Source: the human T2T-CHM13v2.0 reference genome, Homo sapiens. From it: DNA of 64,000 nucleotides. Of this stretch, positions 1 through 13,270 are shown one piece after another. How positions within the stretch are numbered: the first letter of the stretch is position 1; the number at the start of each line of letters is the position of its first letter. The notes beneath the pieces are model-generated. The model worked only from the letters and a program-made list of their open reading frames with translations. It did not search any database and was not told where the DNA came from. A program made the position numbers and the translations under genes. The stretch lies in NCBI RefSeq assembly GCF_009914755.1, contig NC_060937.1; one strand, 5' to 3'.

Positions 1-748
1 TGGCTGCTGCTTTCAGCAAACCAAATTTGGATGTGGAAATGGGATTTATTTGTGCAACACCTAGTTATTAAGCACCCACTGTATACTAGAAACCATGAAA
101 GGCCCTGACGGTGTGAAGTCAAAGGAGGTAAGGGTCTCTGCCTTTCCAGTGCTTGTCATCTGAGGAGAGACAGAAAAAGCTCAGCAATTTTGGAAAACCA
201 TAATAAATGCTATGAAACACTGCTTGCTCTAGCTTGTTCTCGAAACATAAGAACAGCACAATTATTGCTCTTAGGACAATGACTGCAAGATTTATTGATA
301 ACAGGTTTTCTTTTTCAAATAATGAAGATAAAATTAACGTACAATACAGAGAAAGACCAGTTCATCAGACATGTAGTAACAAGGGTCAGTATGTCCCCAG
401 AGGGGCAGAACCTGAAGTGAGACCCTTAAGAGTCACAGCCCTAGCCAGGCTGGCCCCAGGCATTGAGGGAAGTTCCAGCAAAGGAGGCACTATGTATATG
501 GGCCCTTGGCGAGGTCATGGGGTTATGGTAACTCACAGGTGCGTCAGCTGAGTTAACCCAAGAACTAGAATTTGGGAGGCAAGGCCTCTGATTGCAGAGC
601 AAATGAAACTACGAATCCCTTGCTTAGTAGCACAACTATTCACTTGAGCAATAATTAGGAAGGCGAGTTCCTTTAAAAATGAACATATGATTTGGGACAT
701 GGTCTGAATTGGAGAAAGCTAGCAATTTTGAAGTGGTAGTGTTGGTTC

Positions 749-767
749 TCTCCACAAGAGGGCGCCT
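749..767 (+). promoter_or_regulatory. CTCF-like motif
   Basis: CCACAAGAGGGCGC versus core CCASYAGRKGGCRS (1 mismatch). The CpG is retained in AT-rich surroundings. Confidence 0.55.
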
Positions 768-3240
768 CTATTCTTTGTTTTTATTTTCTATCTGGAAGCA
801 ACAATTTATGTTTATTACTGGCACAGAATAAACAGAAGAGTGACTTATGTTTTGCTGTTTGCAGAGCTGACTTCATGTAAAATTTGGACAGTTTTATTAC
901 ATTCCAAACAGTTACAGTTTTTTTCCGTCAGGACTTTGGGATATGTGGTTAGCACTGTTTCTTTTAACAGTATCCTTATAATACATGAGCTCTATGCTAT
1001 TTAGATTATCTGTAAAAATATCTCGTTCATTAGTGCCCATGAAAAAGATGTCAGTAAAATAGCCCCCTCCAAAATATGCTTCTGCATATTTGAAAGAATA
1101 TTTACATAACACAGAAAGCAACTGGTTGCTTCACTTAAAATAGTGAGACAATTGAATGATACATTTGCTTATTGCAGCACTATGGAGACATTACCACTAA
1201 CAAGTTCAGACAAGTATCATGACAGTTTCTCAGATCCCATCCAGAAATAAGAAAAGGGCTGCCTGTCCCAGAGATAGGCCTGGGGATGAGGTGGACACCA
1301 GTGAGGATGAAGACATCTGAAAATCAAAAAGTGGTGGCTTTTGAACTTAGTGTGAATTGCAACATAAATAATCAACTAAGCAGATAAGAGAGCATAAAAG
1401 CAGAACTGAAATTTTAATGGCATTGAACAAAAGTGTGTGAAAGTCACAGGCCCTGCGGCCCAGGGCCCCGTTATGCCTGGTGGTATGATACAGTGGCAAA
1501 GGGAGATGCAATTTTTTGAGATTCTTGCAATTTTATGCTTTTCTGGGAAATAATTCTCTTTCTCTCACCCAGCCTTTCCCCCTGTACCCCCACCCCCACA
1601 ATCTTTTTGCTGCTGAACTAATATGACTTTGGGAGGGGATATCTGGGTTAGCATTTAAGTTCTCTACAAAGGTTAGAAATATAATATTAAAACTTTTGAG
1701 ACTAATGATTTTGCTTCACCTTGCTGTGAGAGTTTCTTTCCTTGTGAGAGGAAGAAGACGTGGAAAAAACAAAACAAAACAACTTTCTGGGCTATGCTAT
1801 TATGTTAAGCATTTCCCCTAAAAGTCTCATATGTAGATTAAAACGCTCAGCCTTTAAATTAATGTGACCAGGCATTCACATGGCTGATTATGTCGACAAG
1901 CTTGGCTGTGCGAAGATTTGGGGGTCTGGAGTTTATTTCTGTGGATGTAATCAACAGAGATCATGAATGAGAGGAATGGCTGTGGAGCTCTCAGAGTTTC
2001 TACTGTGCTCCATGTTTTGTCATTATCCCAGGGTAATTGGAGTTGAGAGGGGAGGACCTCTAATGAGCTGCTTCTCTCCCCTAATGGATGGGAGAGTGGA
2101 AATTAGCGCAGCTCCTGCTGTTCTACATGAGTGAACCGTGGCTGCTGGAGCCTCCAGTGAGTCCCTCCAGGAAGTTTTAGGCAACTGCCTAATGGTAGCC
2201 TCACTAATGGCAACAATTACAGAATAGCCTTTTCAATAAGACCCGTGTGCATCAGTTAGAGACTAATCTCATTGAGCAACAACAGGCCTGCAACAATGTG
2301 CATTCAGTGACTAGCACTTCTGCGTTGTTGGCTAGAAGTGTTTTTCACGTCTCCTGGAGGTTGAGGAGCTCCTGAGAAAGCCAAACACGTTTCATGCGAC
2401 ACGAACCTGTTCCCATTGGCAAAAACAAAGTTGGAATAGCGAGTGAAAAAAGAACCATGCTTTCTCTCAAAACCCATCTTCTGCAGAGCTAGCCTCTTGC
2501 TGATTTCAGGCATTCCATTCAACAAGTATGGAGCAGTAAGTCACAGACAGATCCATTTGCCAACCCCCAACCTCTGATTTCACGTTTACAAACTGCAGCA
2601 CTTCGGAAGGGAAAATGGAGGGGCAAAAGACAGAAGGGCGTTCACCTGACGCTAGTCCATAAGGAAGGCTGGATTCACTCCAGCGGCAAGAGCTGTTCAG
2701 TGCTATTTAGGATAACTGAACCAGGCTACTATCACAGGTTTTAATAACACAAGTGTGACAAAAACGAGTGCTGCCTGTCCTTGCCCAGGACAGCCCTGTA
2801 TCTTCAGGCCACAGGACGGCTCCCGGTGGCTCATATGGTTGGCTTTGCCTCATCTGTGAGAATAACCAGCCTTGCCCGATCATGGCAGCATTGACTGGAC
2901 CCCAGAAGGAAATGAACTTGTCTGACCAGAGTGAGGCATCCCACATGCAAAATGTAAGTACCTCATGTGCTCCCTCTCGGGGTCATGCCAGTACAGGTCT
3001 AGCTCCCGAGAGGGAGGGAGGGACGGAGAGCCTATCAAATTTTGCAGCAGAAGCACCTTGCTCGCTTCATCCCAGTCTTAGCCCTGAGAAGAACCACTGA
3101 ATTTTCAGTCATGGGAATCCTTTCTCTAAATGATGTGATTAATTTATTTTTACTAAATTTAATACATTGCTAAATTTGACATAATATGGACATATATAGA
3201 GACTATATCTTCTGTGTAGAAAGATATAGGTATTGAATGA

Positions 3241-3621
<381 letters not shown>

Positions 3622-6244
3622 TAAGAAAACAAAACTTAAGACAGCAACTAAGTGGTCTCAAAGATAAGCTAGGTCTTTCCCACCATAATAATTTTCCTTG
3701 AGCATAATTGACTGACACGTCTGGTTACTTTTGTTCAAAAAAAGAAAAATGAGACAGTTTGGATGTGGTTTAGATTTTTTTGGATTTGTGTATGTATGAT
3801 AGCTGTTCCTTTATCATCTTAGAAAAGACAGCATGAAGGACAAGATAAAATCACAAATATGTCGTGTACTAAGTTTTAAAAGAGTTGTGATTGGCATTTT
3901 TAGGGTTAAGCATTTGTCTCAACTGTAGCATGCAGACACAAAAATTGCTCATGGAATATGATTTCTCCAGATCATCCCTTATTCAGTCAGAATGAGGAGC
4001 CAGTGCTGAATTCAGCTCCCAAATGACCAACTTCACTTCTATTATTTGTGCATGAAAATAATTGTAGGTGCAAAAAGGGAGGGGAGCTTCCAAGCAACTG
4101 GCCTTAGGTGTGCTGTGGTAATAATGTCCAGGCAAGCTGGGTCCTGCAACAGTCATTCTCAACTTTGGTTTGAGTCATTTCAGTGACTTGTAGCTTTAAA
4201 GAGGAAGAGGTGCAAAGAGAAACAGCAGACCTAATGGTGTTTAAAAGAAGAGCTTTCTATGGACTGAATTTTACTCTTTTCATCGCAGAATTGAGAGATG
4301 GCAAGCAATTCACGAAGCAGCTATTTCTGGTTTGAAATACAAGTATGGTTTCCCATTGGTTAAACATTTGATGTATTTTTTAAACACTTTGCCTAAGAGT
4401 TCATAACGTGCCTGTAAAGTAATGGTTATTGAGGGAGTTTTTAAATTCCCCAAGGAGCCAATTTTTTGTTGTTATTCTCCAAATAGAATGGGAATTTGCT
4501 TAAGACAGCAGTGGTTACCTGCGCTGATTCCTAAATCAGAAGTAGGGTAGCACAGGAAGTCACGTTTGCACGTGATCTTTGGGTTAAGAAGCAAATTCCT
4601 CAACTTCAAAAGCTCAACTGAATCCTTTCCTTTGGAGAAATAGAAAAAAATCCAATGGGCTTCATAAACCTTCTTGTCCCACACTGACTCAATCCATAGA
4701 ATGAAACTGATCCGTAATTTAGGGGTACCAAGGTGAAGTGATGGCATTAGGTGCAGTTTTTGGTCCCCAGAAAACCTCAAGCACATGAGCAGAATGGTGA
4801 CCCCTGGCAGCCACAGGACTGTGAGGACGACGTGCCAATTACTGAGGAAAACAAACAGCCGCAGTCTCTACATACCCATCAGGAGATATGAAAAACACAG
4901 TGCATATATTTTTTAATTTAGTGCATTTTTGCTGCTCAATAAATGTATAATAATAATAATCATTGCATTTTTATTAGACACTGTGCATTTATGAGCAAGC
5001 TTGGTGGTCTCTTTGGGCCTCTGCCAAGGTCTAATGGAGCCTTCATAGTTTCTCAGATTCCTCTTTTTAAGTTTTTCTCTCCTTTTTGCATAATCTAAGG
5101 AAAAACAGCAAAACTCCTTAGCATAAAGAAGTGAAGAAGGTAGTTTTTAGTTTATCTGAGAGTCAATCTACCCCAGCTTTTCCAAGCCAAGGAGCTTCTT
5201 AGAGAAATCACAGTGCTCTATAACAAAAGTTGAACAGAAAATAATCACCCACAAAGGAAAAGAAAAATGTTAGCGTTAGCCTTTTGTTCCAAAATTGGTT
5301 TCTACTCCAAGTCTCAATATTCATTGACCTATAATGCCAAACTATGCATTCTTATCAATAATTGCACAGCTGGAACTTGGCACAGAAACACTGCATTGCT
5401 TTTTAGAAACCAGAAATGAAACATGGGTGAAGGCAAAGTTAATGCTGTAACATCAAGGTTGAAGAATATAAAATGCCTTGAGTGAGTGATAGAAGTTGGG
5501 AAAGTAGTCACTTTCCAATAGTATGTCTATCTGCAAGATAGACATACTATTTGGCATTATAGGTCACAAAAATAATTTTATAGAACTTAAAAACTTCTCC
5601 CCTTATATTCAAGCAGATGGCTTTAAGGTCTAATCAAACATCTTGATAACCAGTACAATCATGATCAGGAGGGGAGAACTTAATTTTTTGGCACATAACC
5701 TTAATTGGTACACTTGTCAGATATAATCAGACCTGAGACGTAGAAGGGAGAGACAGGGAGATTCATTTAGCCAGACAACAAATTGTCATTGAGTGCTTAG
5801 TATGGACCAGCCCCCTTTCTTAAGACTTGGATACATCAGCAAACAGGACAAAGAGTTACAATTGGGTGGGCATGGGGAAACATATTCTACTGAATAGAGA
5901 GTTCGAGGAAATCTAATATATAGTGTAAGGTTGGAAGGTGAGGAAAATGAAAATGAAATAAGGAGATCAGTGTTACTCAGTTTGGGAAGACACAGTTAGA
6001 ATGAGACTTATTGATGGTATTCACATATATGAAGAATTGTTATCTTGGTGACCATCTCCATTGGAGGATAGTACAGAATGAACCAGGCCAAATGCTAGGA
6101 AAGAAATCTAAACTCGAAGATGTGGAAGAGCAGCAATGAGAACTAGCATGCAATGTTGATGCAGGGAAAAACAAGAGCTAAATTATGTGTAGTCTTCCTG
6201 AAACACAAGAGCTAAATTATGTGTAGTCTTCCTGAAACTGGAAG

Positions 6245-6705
6245 AGGTCTGGGTTCTCCAGAGAAACAGAAATATATATAAAGACATTTGCTGTAGTGAA
6301 TTGGCTCATTTGATCATGGAGGCCCATAAGCCCCAAGATCTGCAGTTGGCAAGCTGGAGACCCAGGAGAGACTGAGGTATAGTTCCAGTCTGAGTCTGAA
6401 GGCCTGAGAACCAAGAAAAGTGATGGTGTCCATGTCTGAGTCCTGAGGAGAAGGCCAATGTCCCAACTTGTAGGCAGTCAGGCAGACAGAGAATTCTTTC
6501 TTCCTCAACCTTTGTATTCTATTCAGGCCTTCAATGAATTGGATGAGGCCGCATTAGGGAGGGCCATTTTCTTTACTCAGTTCACTCATTCAAATGCTAA
6601 GCTCATCCAGAAACATCCCCACAGACATACTCACACATAATATTTGATCGAATATCTGGGCACCTTGTGGCCCAGTCAAGTTGACACATTAGATTAATCA
6701 TCACA
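6245..6705 (-). mobile_element. MLT2-type (ERVL) solo LTR
   Basis: Ends GGGTTCTCCAGAGAAACAGAA and CCCAGTCAAGTTGACACA..TTAATCATCACA are the reverse complements of MLT2 termini. Confidence 0.85.
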
Positions 6706-6709
6706 GAAT

Positions 6710-7007
<298 letters not shown>

Positions 7008-7849
7008 ATGAAGAATATTTAAGCTTTATTTATTCTATCTTAAACACTTGAAACAGCTGTAAACTTATTGAACATAAATTAATACTGAATCATTGTTTCA
7101 GAGAGATACATACAAAATAGTAAACCATACATAGTTCTGTGCATCTAGAGAACAAATACATTTTGTGTCTAACTTGTAGGTAGATGAGTGGGATTATACA
7201 GAGGGAAAAGTTTTTTCCGTCTGAGGTAATGAGTACTGTAACATCCATGCACGAGGCTGGTTTATCACTTCTAGTGTGTTGTATGCACACACATAATGTA
7301 TATATGTGTGTGTGATATATAATTTATTGGTTTTTGCAAGATGTACAGTCAACATATCTCCCACAGGAGAAATGTTTGAGATGTTCTTAGAGTGATGTCA
7401 TCTCTTGAAAGTTAGGCAGGTATTGAGATAGCAGCTGGGTTATTCTGGCAGCATAATTAGTGAAGGTTTGAGCAGAGGTTTAGATCAGGGGCTGGTGAGG
7501 CCATTCTGTCCCCCTTGGCTCTCCCTTTGCAGCTGTTTCTATTACTAGATTGGGACTTGACACCTGGCATTATGGCAGAGCTTCTTGAGGGCAGAGACCA
7601 CGTCCCACATAGTGTTGGATCCCTAGCATCTAGCATGGGGCTGAGCACTTAGTGGGCGCTCAGTCCAGGTTTATGGGTCTGAGCTGAATTCTACAAAGTG
7701 GCAAGGAAAGCCTCCTCAAGGAGAACTGTAAGACCAAGAACTATGCTAAAGGAGCCGTCATTTGGGGCAGGCCTTTCACCTCAACTCCAGGGCATATCTT
7801 TTGTCTTCTCCAAGCCCCACTCCCTGCAGTTGTGCAAAGAGAGGTGTTC

Positions 7850-8275
7850 ACTTCAGGAGGGAACTGTGCTCAGTTTTTAAGTATGTTCATCATGGCATTG
7901 TCTGGAAGACTGAAAAACTGTTGACAATCCAGAAATCCACCAGTAGAAGTTCTTAAATCATGGTACATGGATACTATGGAGAATGAAGTGGCCATTAACA
8001 AAGAATGAGACAAGCCTGAAGGTTCTGACTGAGGAGGATAGCCAGGGTATAGTATTAATTTTTAAAAATCATGCTGAATATCAATATGTACACTTTGTTC
8101 CTATTAAAGGAACAACCCTATGCATATATGTCAGTACTTCAAAAAAGTTCTGGGAGGATCTGCACCAAGTACTAGTGAGTGCCTTTGAGAGGACGGGAGG
8201 GGTTGTTTAATTTTACTTCCCACACTTCTGAGTTGTTTGAGTGTTTTAAAACAAGCTTGCATTACTTTTGCAATA
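7850..8275 (+). mobile_element. Old L1 (L1ME-like) 3' fragment
   Basis: Degenerate similarity to L1M 3' end motifs (TGTTCATCATGGCATTG...ATGGTACAT..ATACTATGGA). Confidence 0.5.
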
Positions 8276-8869
8276 CCCTATATATTTTGTGTGTGTGTGT
8301 GTATTATATATATACACACACACAAATATGTATATATTCCTAGTTAAGGAGGGTCCCTCAGCCTTATGAAAACTTCTGTTTTAGTAGCCAAAAATAAATA
8401 TATAAATAAATATCTTAAGCATTTATTAAATATTTAATAAATATTTAGTAATATATATAATTTAATAAATACTTAAGTATTTATTATTTCTTTCTTTGCT
8501 TTTGGCTAGCTAAAGCAGAAGAGTTCTCATGAGGGAGTGGCACCCTCCTTTACTAGTGGAAAAATCCTATTTTCTCTGACTGAAAGCCCTCTTATTTGAC
8601 TGGGCTTGGATTTCTTTTGGTGGAGAGTAAAGAGCAGTGTCCCCAAAGGGCCTCTCTGGGATTGTGTCCAGGATGGGGAGGCTTCAGTTCAGAAGGGCCA
8701 CTCTCTGTTTAGCATGAAGGTCTGTAATCTCTGTGATTTTGTTGTCCCCTGAAGTTAGGGTCTTGGCCCTGGGCACCCTAACATGCAGTTGGCTCAGGTA
8801 CTTACAACTTGGTGATGAGGCTGGCAGAGTGTGCCAGGGGGCCAGTTACAGCTGGTTTGCAGACTACTG

Positions 8870-9300
8870 ATGACGTTCTCAAACTGGACTGACACCTGGG
8901 GAGCTTTACAAAACTTCATGGAGGTGGGGTCCCCCTGGACTAATTTACTCAGGATCTTTGAGGGTGAGGTCTGGCTCCCACATGATTCCAACACTCAGCC
9001 AAGTTTTTGAACCATTAGGTTAAGAAGGAAGCCAGGTGAGAGAATGCAAGTCAATCAGCAAAAATCACAACAGGTGAAACCAGTCAAAGGCTACACTGTA
9101 TAGCAGAGTCTCTCCAAGTATGTGTTTCCTGATCACCATTCCGAATCACTTAGGGTATGCATTAAATATGCAGCTGTTTCACTCCCCCTACCTCCGACCC
9201 CGCCCAGAGATGCTGAATTGGAATCTCTATGAGGCTGATCTTAGGAACATGCATTTAAACAAGGATCCCATGTGATTTCCAGGTAAAGCTCTAGAACGCT
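8870..9300. mobile_element. Two MER5-like (hAT-Charlie) fragments
   Basis: GTTCTCAAACT...CACCTGGGGAGCTT, and GAATCACTTAGGG...TGCTGAATTGGAATCTCT...TGCATTTAAACAAG. Confidence 0.55.
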
Positions 9301-9663
9301 CTGTCCCCAGAGAGTGGTTCAGTAGCAGCATCCTCATTTGGCAGCCAGTTAGTTATAGGAGGCTGTTGACTGTGAGAAAGAGGGTGTTTGATAAATTATT
9401 GAATTAAGCTTAAGAATAATTAGTTCATCAACTTTTTCAATAGAGGAGACTTATTTCAGTAACTGATTTTGCAAAATGAAAGAAAAATTTTCTGATTATG
9501 TTGGTTACTGCAGTTGTAATAATGCTGTGGCTTCAGAGATTGTCTTTATGTGGCACTTTTATCCAATGATCTTAATGTGTTTTATAGTCATTCTTCTTAT
9601 AATGGTTCTGTTGGAGTTTGTACTGTCCTCACTTCTCAGTACAAAAGTAACAGATTCATAATT

Positions 9664-10060
9664 TTTTTTATTATGTATGTATTTATTTATTTTTTAGTAT
9701 AAGTTCTAGGGTACATGTGCACAATGTGCAGGTTTGTTACATATGTATACATGTGCCATGTTGGTGTGCTGCTGCGCCCAGTAACTCGTCATTTACATTT
9801 ACACCAGTAGGAGAAGTTCTTATCCCTCCCCCCCTCCCCCCACCCCACAACAGGCCCTGGTGTGAACACCTGTGTCCAAGTGTTCTCATTGTTCAATTCC
9901 CACCTATGAGTGAGAATATGCGGTGTTTGGTTTTCTGTCCTTGGGATAGTTTGCTCAGAATGATGGTTTCTAGCTTCATCCATGTCCCTACAAAGGACAT
10001 GAACTCATCCTTTTTTACAGCTGCATAGTATTCCTTGGTGTATATGTGCCACATTTTCTT
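9664..10060 (-). mobile_element. 5'-truncated L1PA 3' end
   Basis: AAGTTCTAGGGTACATGTGCACAATGTGCAGG...CCCACCTATGAGTGAGAA matches the antisense L1PA 3'UTR. TSD CAGATTCATAATT at 9651-9663 and 10061-10073. Confidence 0.95.
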
Positions 10061-11159
10061 CAGATTCATAATTAAAAGTCATATCCTGGCAATAAGAACC
10101 AGTGTTTCTTTGGAGTTTGTTGCAGTTCATGCATACCACATGGTACGGGAAGAATATTTTTGTCAATATCAGAGCTTTAAACTCCAATGGGGTGGCATTT
10201 AGACATATAAGTATTGTGAACAGATAGATGTATTCTAAGTTTATAACTGAATTCTGAAAGGTTGGTCCCAGACATAGATAAACTTAAAATCAATACTCTG
10301 TATTTTTACTTTTTGGTGATTATCTTCAGAAGTGACTTTATAAGACTTTCTCTGATCAAAACTTTATTTTACAGGTGGAGAAAAGTAATTCTGAAAACAC
10401 TGCTTTTGAACTTGTAGGCCTTTAAAAAAATTGTAATTTGCATGTCCAGTGTTTTTTTTCTGCTTTTTGCCTTGGCACGTCTAAATAAAGCAAGCCAAAA
10501 GTTTCAGTGAATTCTCAATTAGCATTCTCTACTGAAGGGGAGGGAAATCTCAGCAGTAAGTCTGAGATGGGTCCCATGCAACTGTAATTTTATGTCACTC
10601 CACACATAGTCCTGAGGTACAGCCAGGAGTAAGACCTACTCCTGGAATTTCCTTTGGATGCTAGCAACAGTCTCTACAGAGTGTCGACTGGTCTCCCTAT
10701 GCCATCTTGACTTTCAGAAAAAATAGCAATAGTGGAACATTATTTACCAACACAGGTCTGTACTTTCCCTATTCATTTTGTGGTCAGCATCAGATCCTGA
10801 TTTCATATTTAAATGCTTATTACTTTAAAAGTGTCTGGAATCAAGTCTCCATCAATAATTTCAGATAAATTGAAAGCACTGCCTTACTGTTCCTTAAGTC
10901 ACTCTTAGCGGGGATTTGGATGAGATGATCACAAAGTTTCCTTCTGGCCATATGATTCTATTTTATGGGTTTAGTAAGTGAGGACCTGAGCACTCTAACT
11001 GGGTTCAAATTTATAGGCTGGGATGAGTTATATCTCAAGGTACTATAAACATTCATGTCTATGATTGCAGAGACCTGGTCAATAGTATTTAAGAAACCTT
11101 TCCATGGCACTAAACAATCTTCTACCACACTAAAAAGCAATCATTTAGAATATATCTGT

Positions 11160-11393
11160 GTGGCCGAATTGCGGGCCTGATGGCCTTTGGATTGAGACAT
11201 GGCCCCTTCCTGGTTCTACAGCAGCTTCTGGCCTTTGGCCTTGAAGCGGGAAATCTGCTCTGCAGATCTTGGACTTGCCAGTCTGCATAATCATGTGAAC
11301 CGATTCTTTATAAGAAAATCTCTCTAGCTTATTATATATATATCTTTATATATCTCCTGTTGATTCTGTTTCTGTGGAGAATTCTGACTAATA
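11160..11393 (+). mobile_element. MLT2-type LTR 3' fragment
   Basis: GATCTTGGACTTGCCAG..ATAATCATGTGA...TCTGTTTCTGTGGAGAATTCTGACTAATA. Confidence 0.7.
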
Positions 11394-11686
11394 TCATGGG
11401 CAATGAAAAATACATGCTTTTCAGTGTATTTTCAGCCAATTTTTCCTCTCAACAAACATATTGGATTGTTAGCAGAAAATATGTGCTGTGTTCATTATAC
11501 ATTGGACACATGGGGCATGAGGATGCTACTGTTACAATCTAAAAAAACTTCCTCTTATTCCTCTTTTGAGACAAAAGAGATTTTGAAATGAGCAAATGGT
11601 GTTTAATGTGTAAGTTCAATTCAAAAATGTCAAGTGAAAATTGAATAAATCTCCGGAGATATGTAACTTTAAAAATTAATAACATA

Positions 11687-12000
<314 letters not shown>

Positions 12001-12261
12001 CTATGTTTCCTGATAAACTAATTAACGGCAGGTTGGTAGACATGTTATACATGTGATTGTATTTAAAGTTTTAATGCTTTTACTATAGGCAGTAACAATA
12101 ACTTTCACTAATTCAGGAAATTAGTATTTTCACCTGTTTTAAAAAAGGACACGATTTTTTCCTCTTACCCTTCCAAAATCACTCAAAACTTTGACACAAA
12201 AGGCACTTTCAGCAAAGCCAGCAAACTAAAGGTTAAGAAAATTTAACAAGTTTATTTTCTT

Positions 12262-12462
12262 TTTCTTTTATTGAGACAGAGTCTCGCTCTGTCACCCAGG
12301 CGGGAGTCCAGTGGCGCCATCTCGGCCCACTGCAAGCTCCGCCTCCCGGGTTCACGCCATTCTGCAGCTAGTCAGGATGGTCTCGATTTCCCGACCTCGT
12401 GATCTGCCCGCCTCAGCCTCCCAAAGTGCTGGGATCACAGGTGTGAGCCACTGCGCCTGGCC
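12262..12462 (-). mobile_element. AluY-like with ~95-bp internal deletion
   Basis: CACGCCATTCT joins via GCAGC to TAGTCAGGATGG. TSD AACAAGTTTATTTTCTT on both sides. Confidence 0.9.
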
Positions 12463-12619
12463 AACAAGTTTATTTTCTTTGCAGACCTGTTTTTTGAGGA
12501 ACGAGACTGTAATTTGTGGCCGAACTCCTACAAGGATGGTGTAGACTAGGGTGTCTCAACCTCAGAACTAATGATGCAAAGTCAACTGATTGTAGATGTT
12601 GATCACATCTGCCGAGATA

Positions 12620-12956
12620 GAGATGAGTGTTCGTTTGACTTTAGTAAGGCAGACGATCCTAGATAATCTGGGTGAGCTTCATCAGATCAGTTGAAAGACC
12701 TTAAAATCAGAACCAAGGTTTCCCTGAGGAAGGAAAAATTCTGCCTGTGGACTGCAGGGTTAGCTTCTGTCCCAGAACTGCCAGCCTGCAGCCTGCAGCC
12801 TGCCCTACAGATTTCGGTAAGCCAGTTAATTTCTTGTAATAAACCTCCCTCTCCCTCTCCTTTCTTTTCCTTTTCCCCTCTCTCTCTCCCTCCTCCTCCC
12901 CAGCCCCCTCCTTCTTCCTCTTTCTCTGTTTCCCTGGTGGCATCCTGACTGATACA
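12620..12956 (+). mobile_element. MLT2-type LTR
   Basis: TCAGTTGAAAGACCTTAA...ATTCTGCCTGTGGACTG...GCCCTACAGATTT...CTGACTGATACA terminus. Confidence 0.75.
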
Positions 12957-13202
12957 GTGACCCTTAATGCTCACACTGATTTACAATGGGAGAACCACCA
13001 CCATTGTTATTATCAAGGGACATAATGAGGACGGGACTTTATCTCATTTATTTTGTTTCCTCCTGGAGGCTGGGATATGGCTCTCAGTAAATGATGGATT
13101 GAATGAAATCATTGTTAGCAATAATTGCAAACAGCTCTGGAGCATATAAAACACTATCTGCTAGGAAGTAGGTAATTTGTTTTAAAAAGGCATTATTTAG
13201 CT

Positions 13203-13270
13203 TTATATATATGTATAGACATATATATATAGACATATATATAAACATATATATATATATATATATATAT
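13203..13270. repeat. (TA)n-rich microsatellite
   Basis: Direct inspection. Confidence 0.9.
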
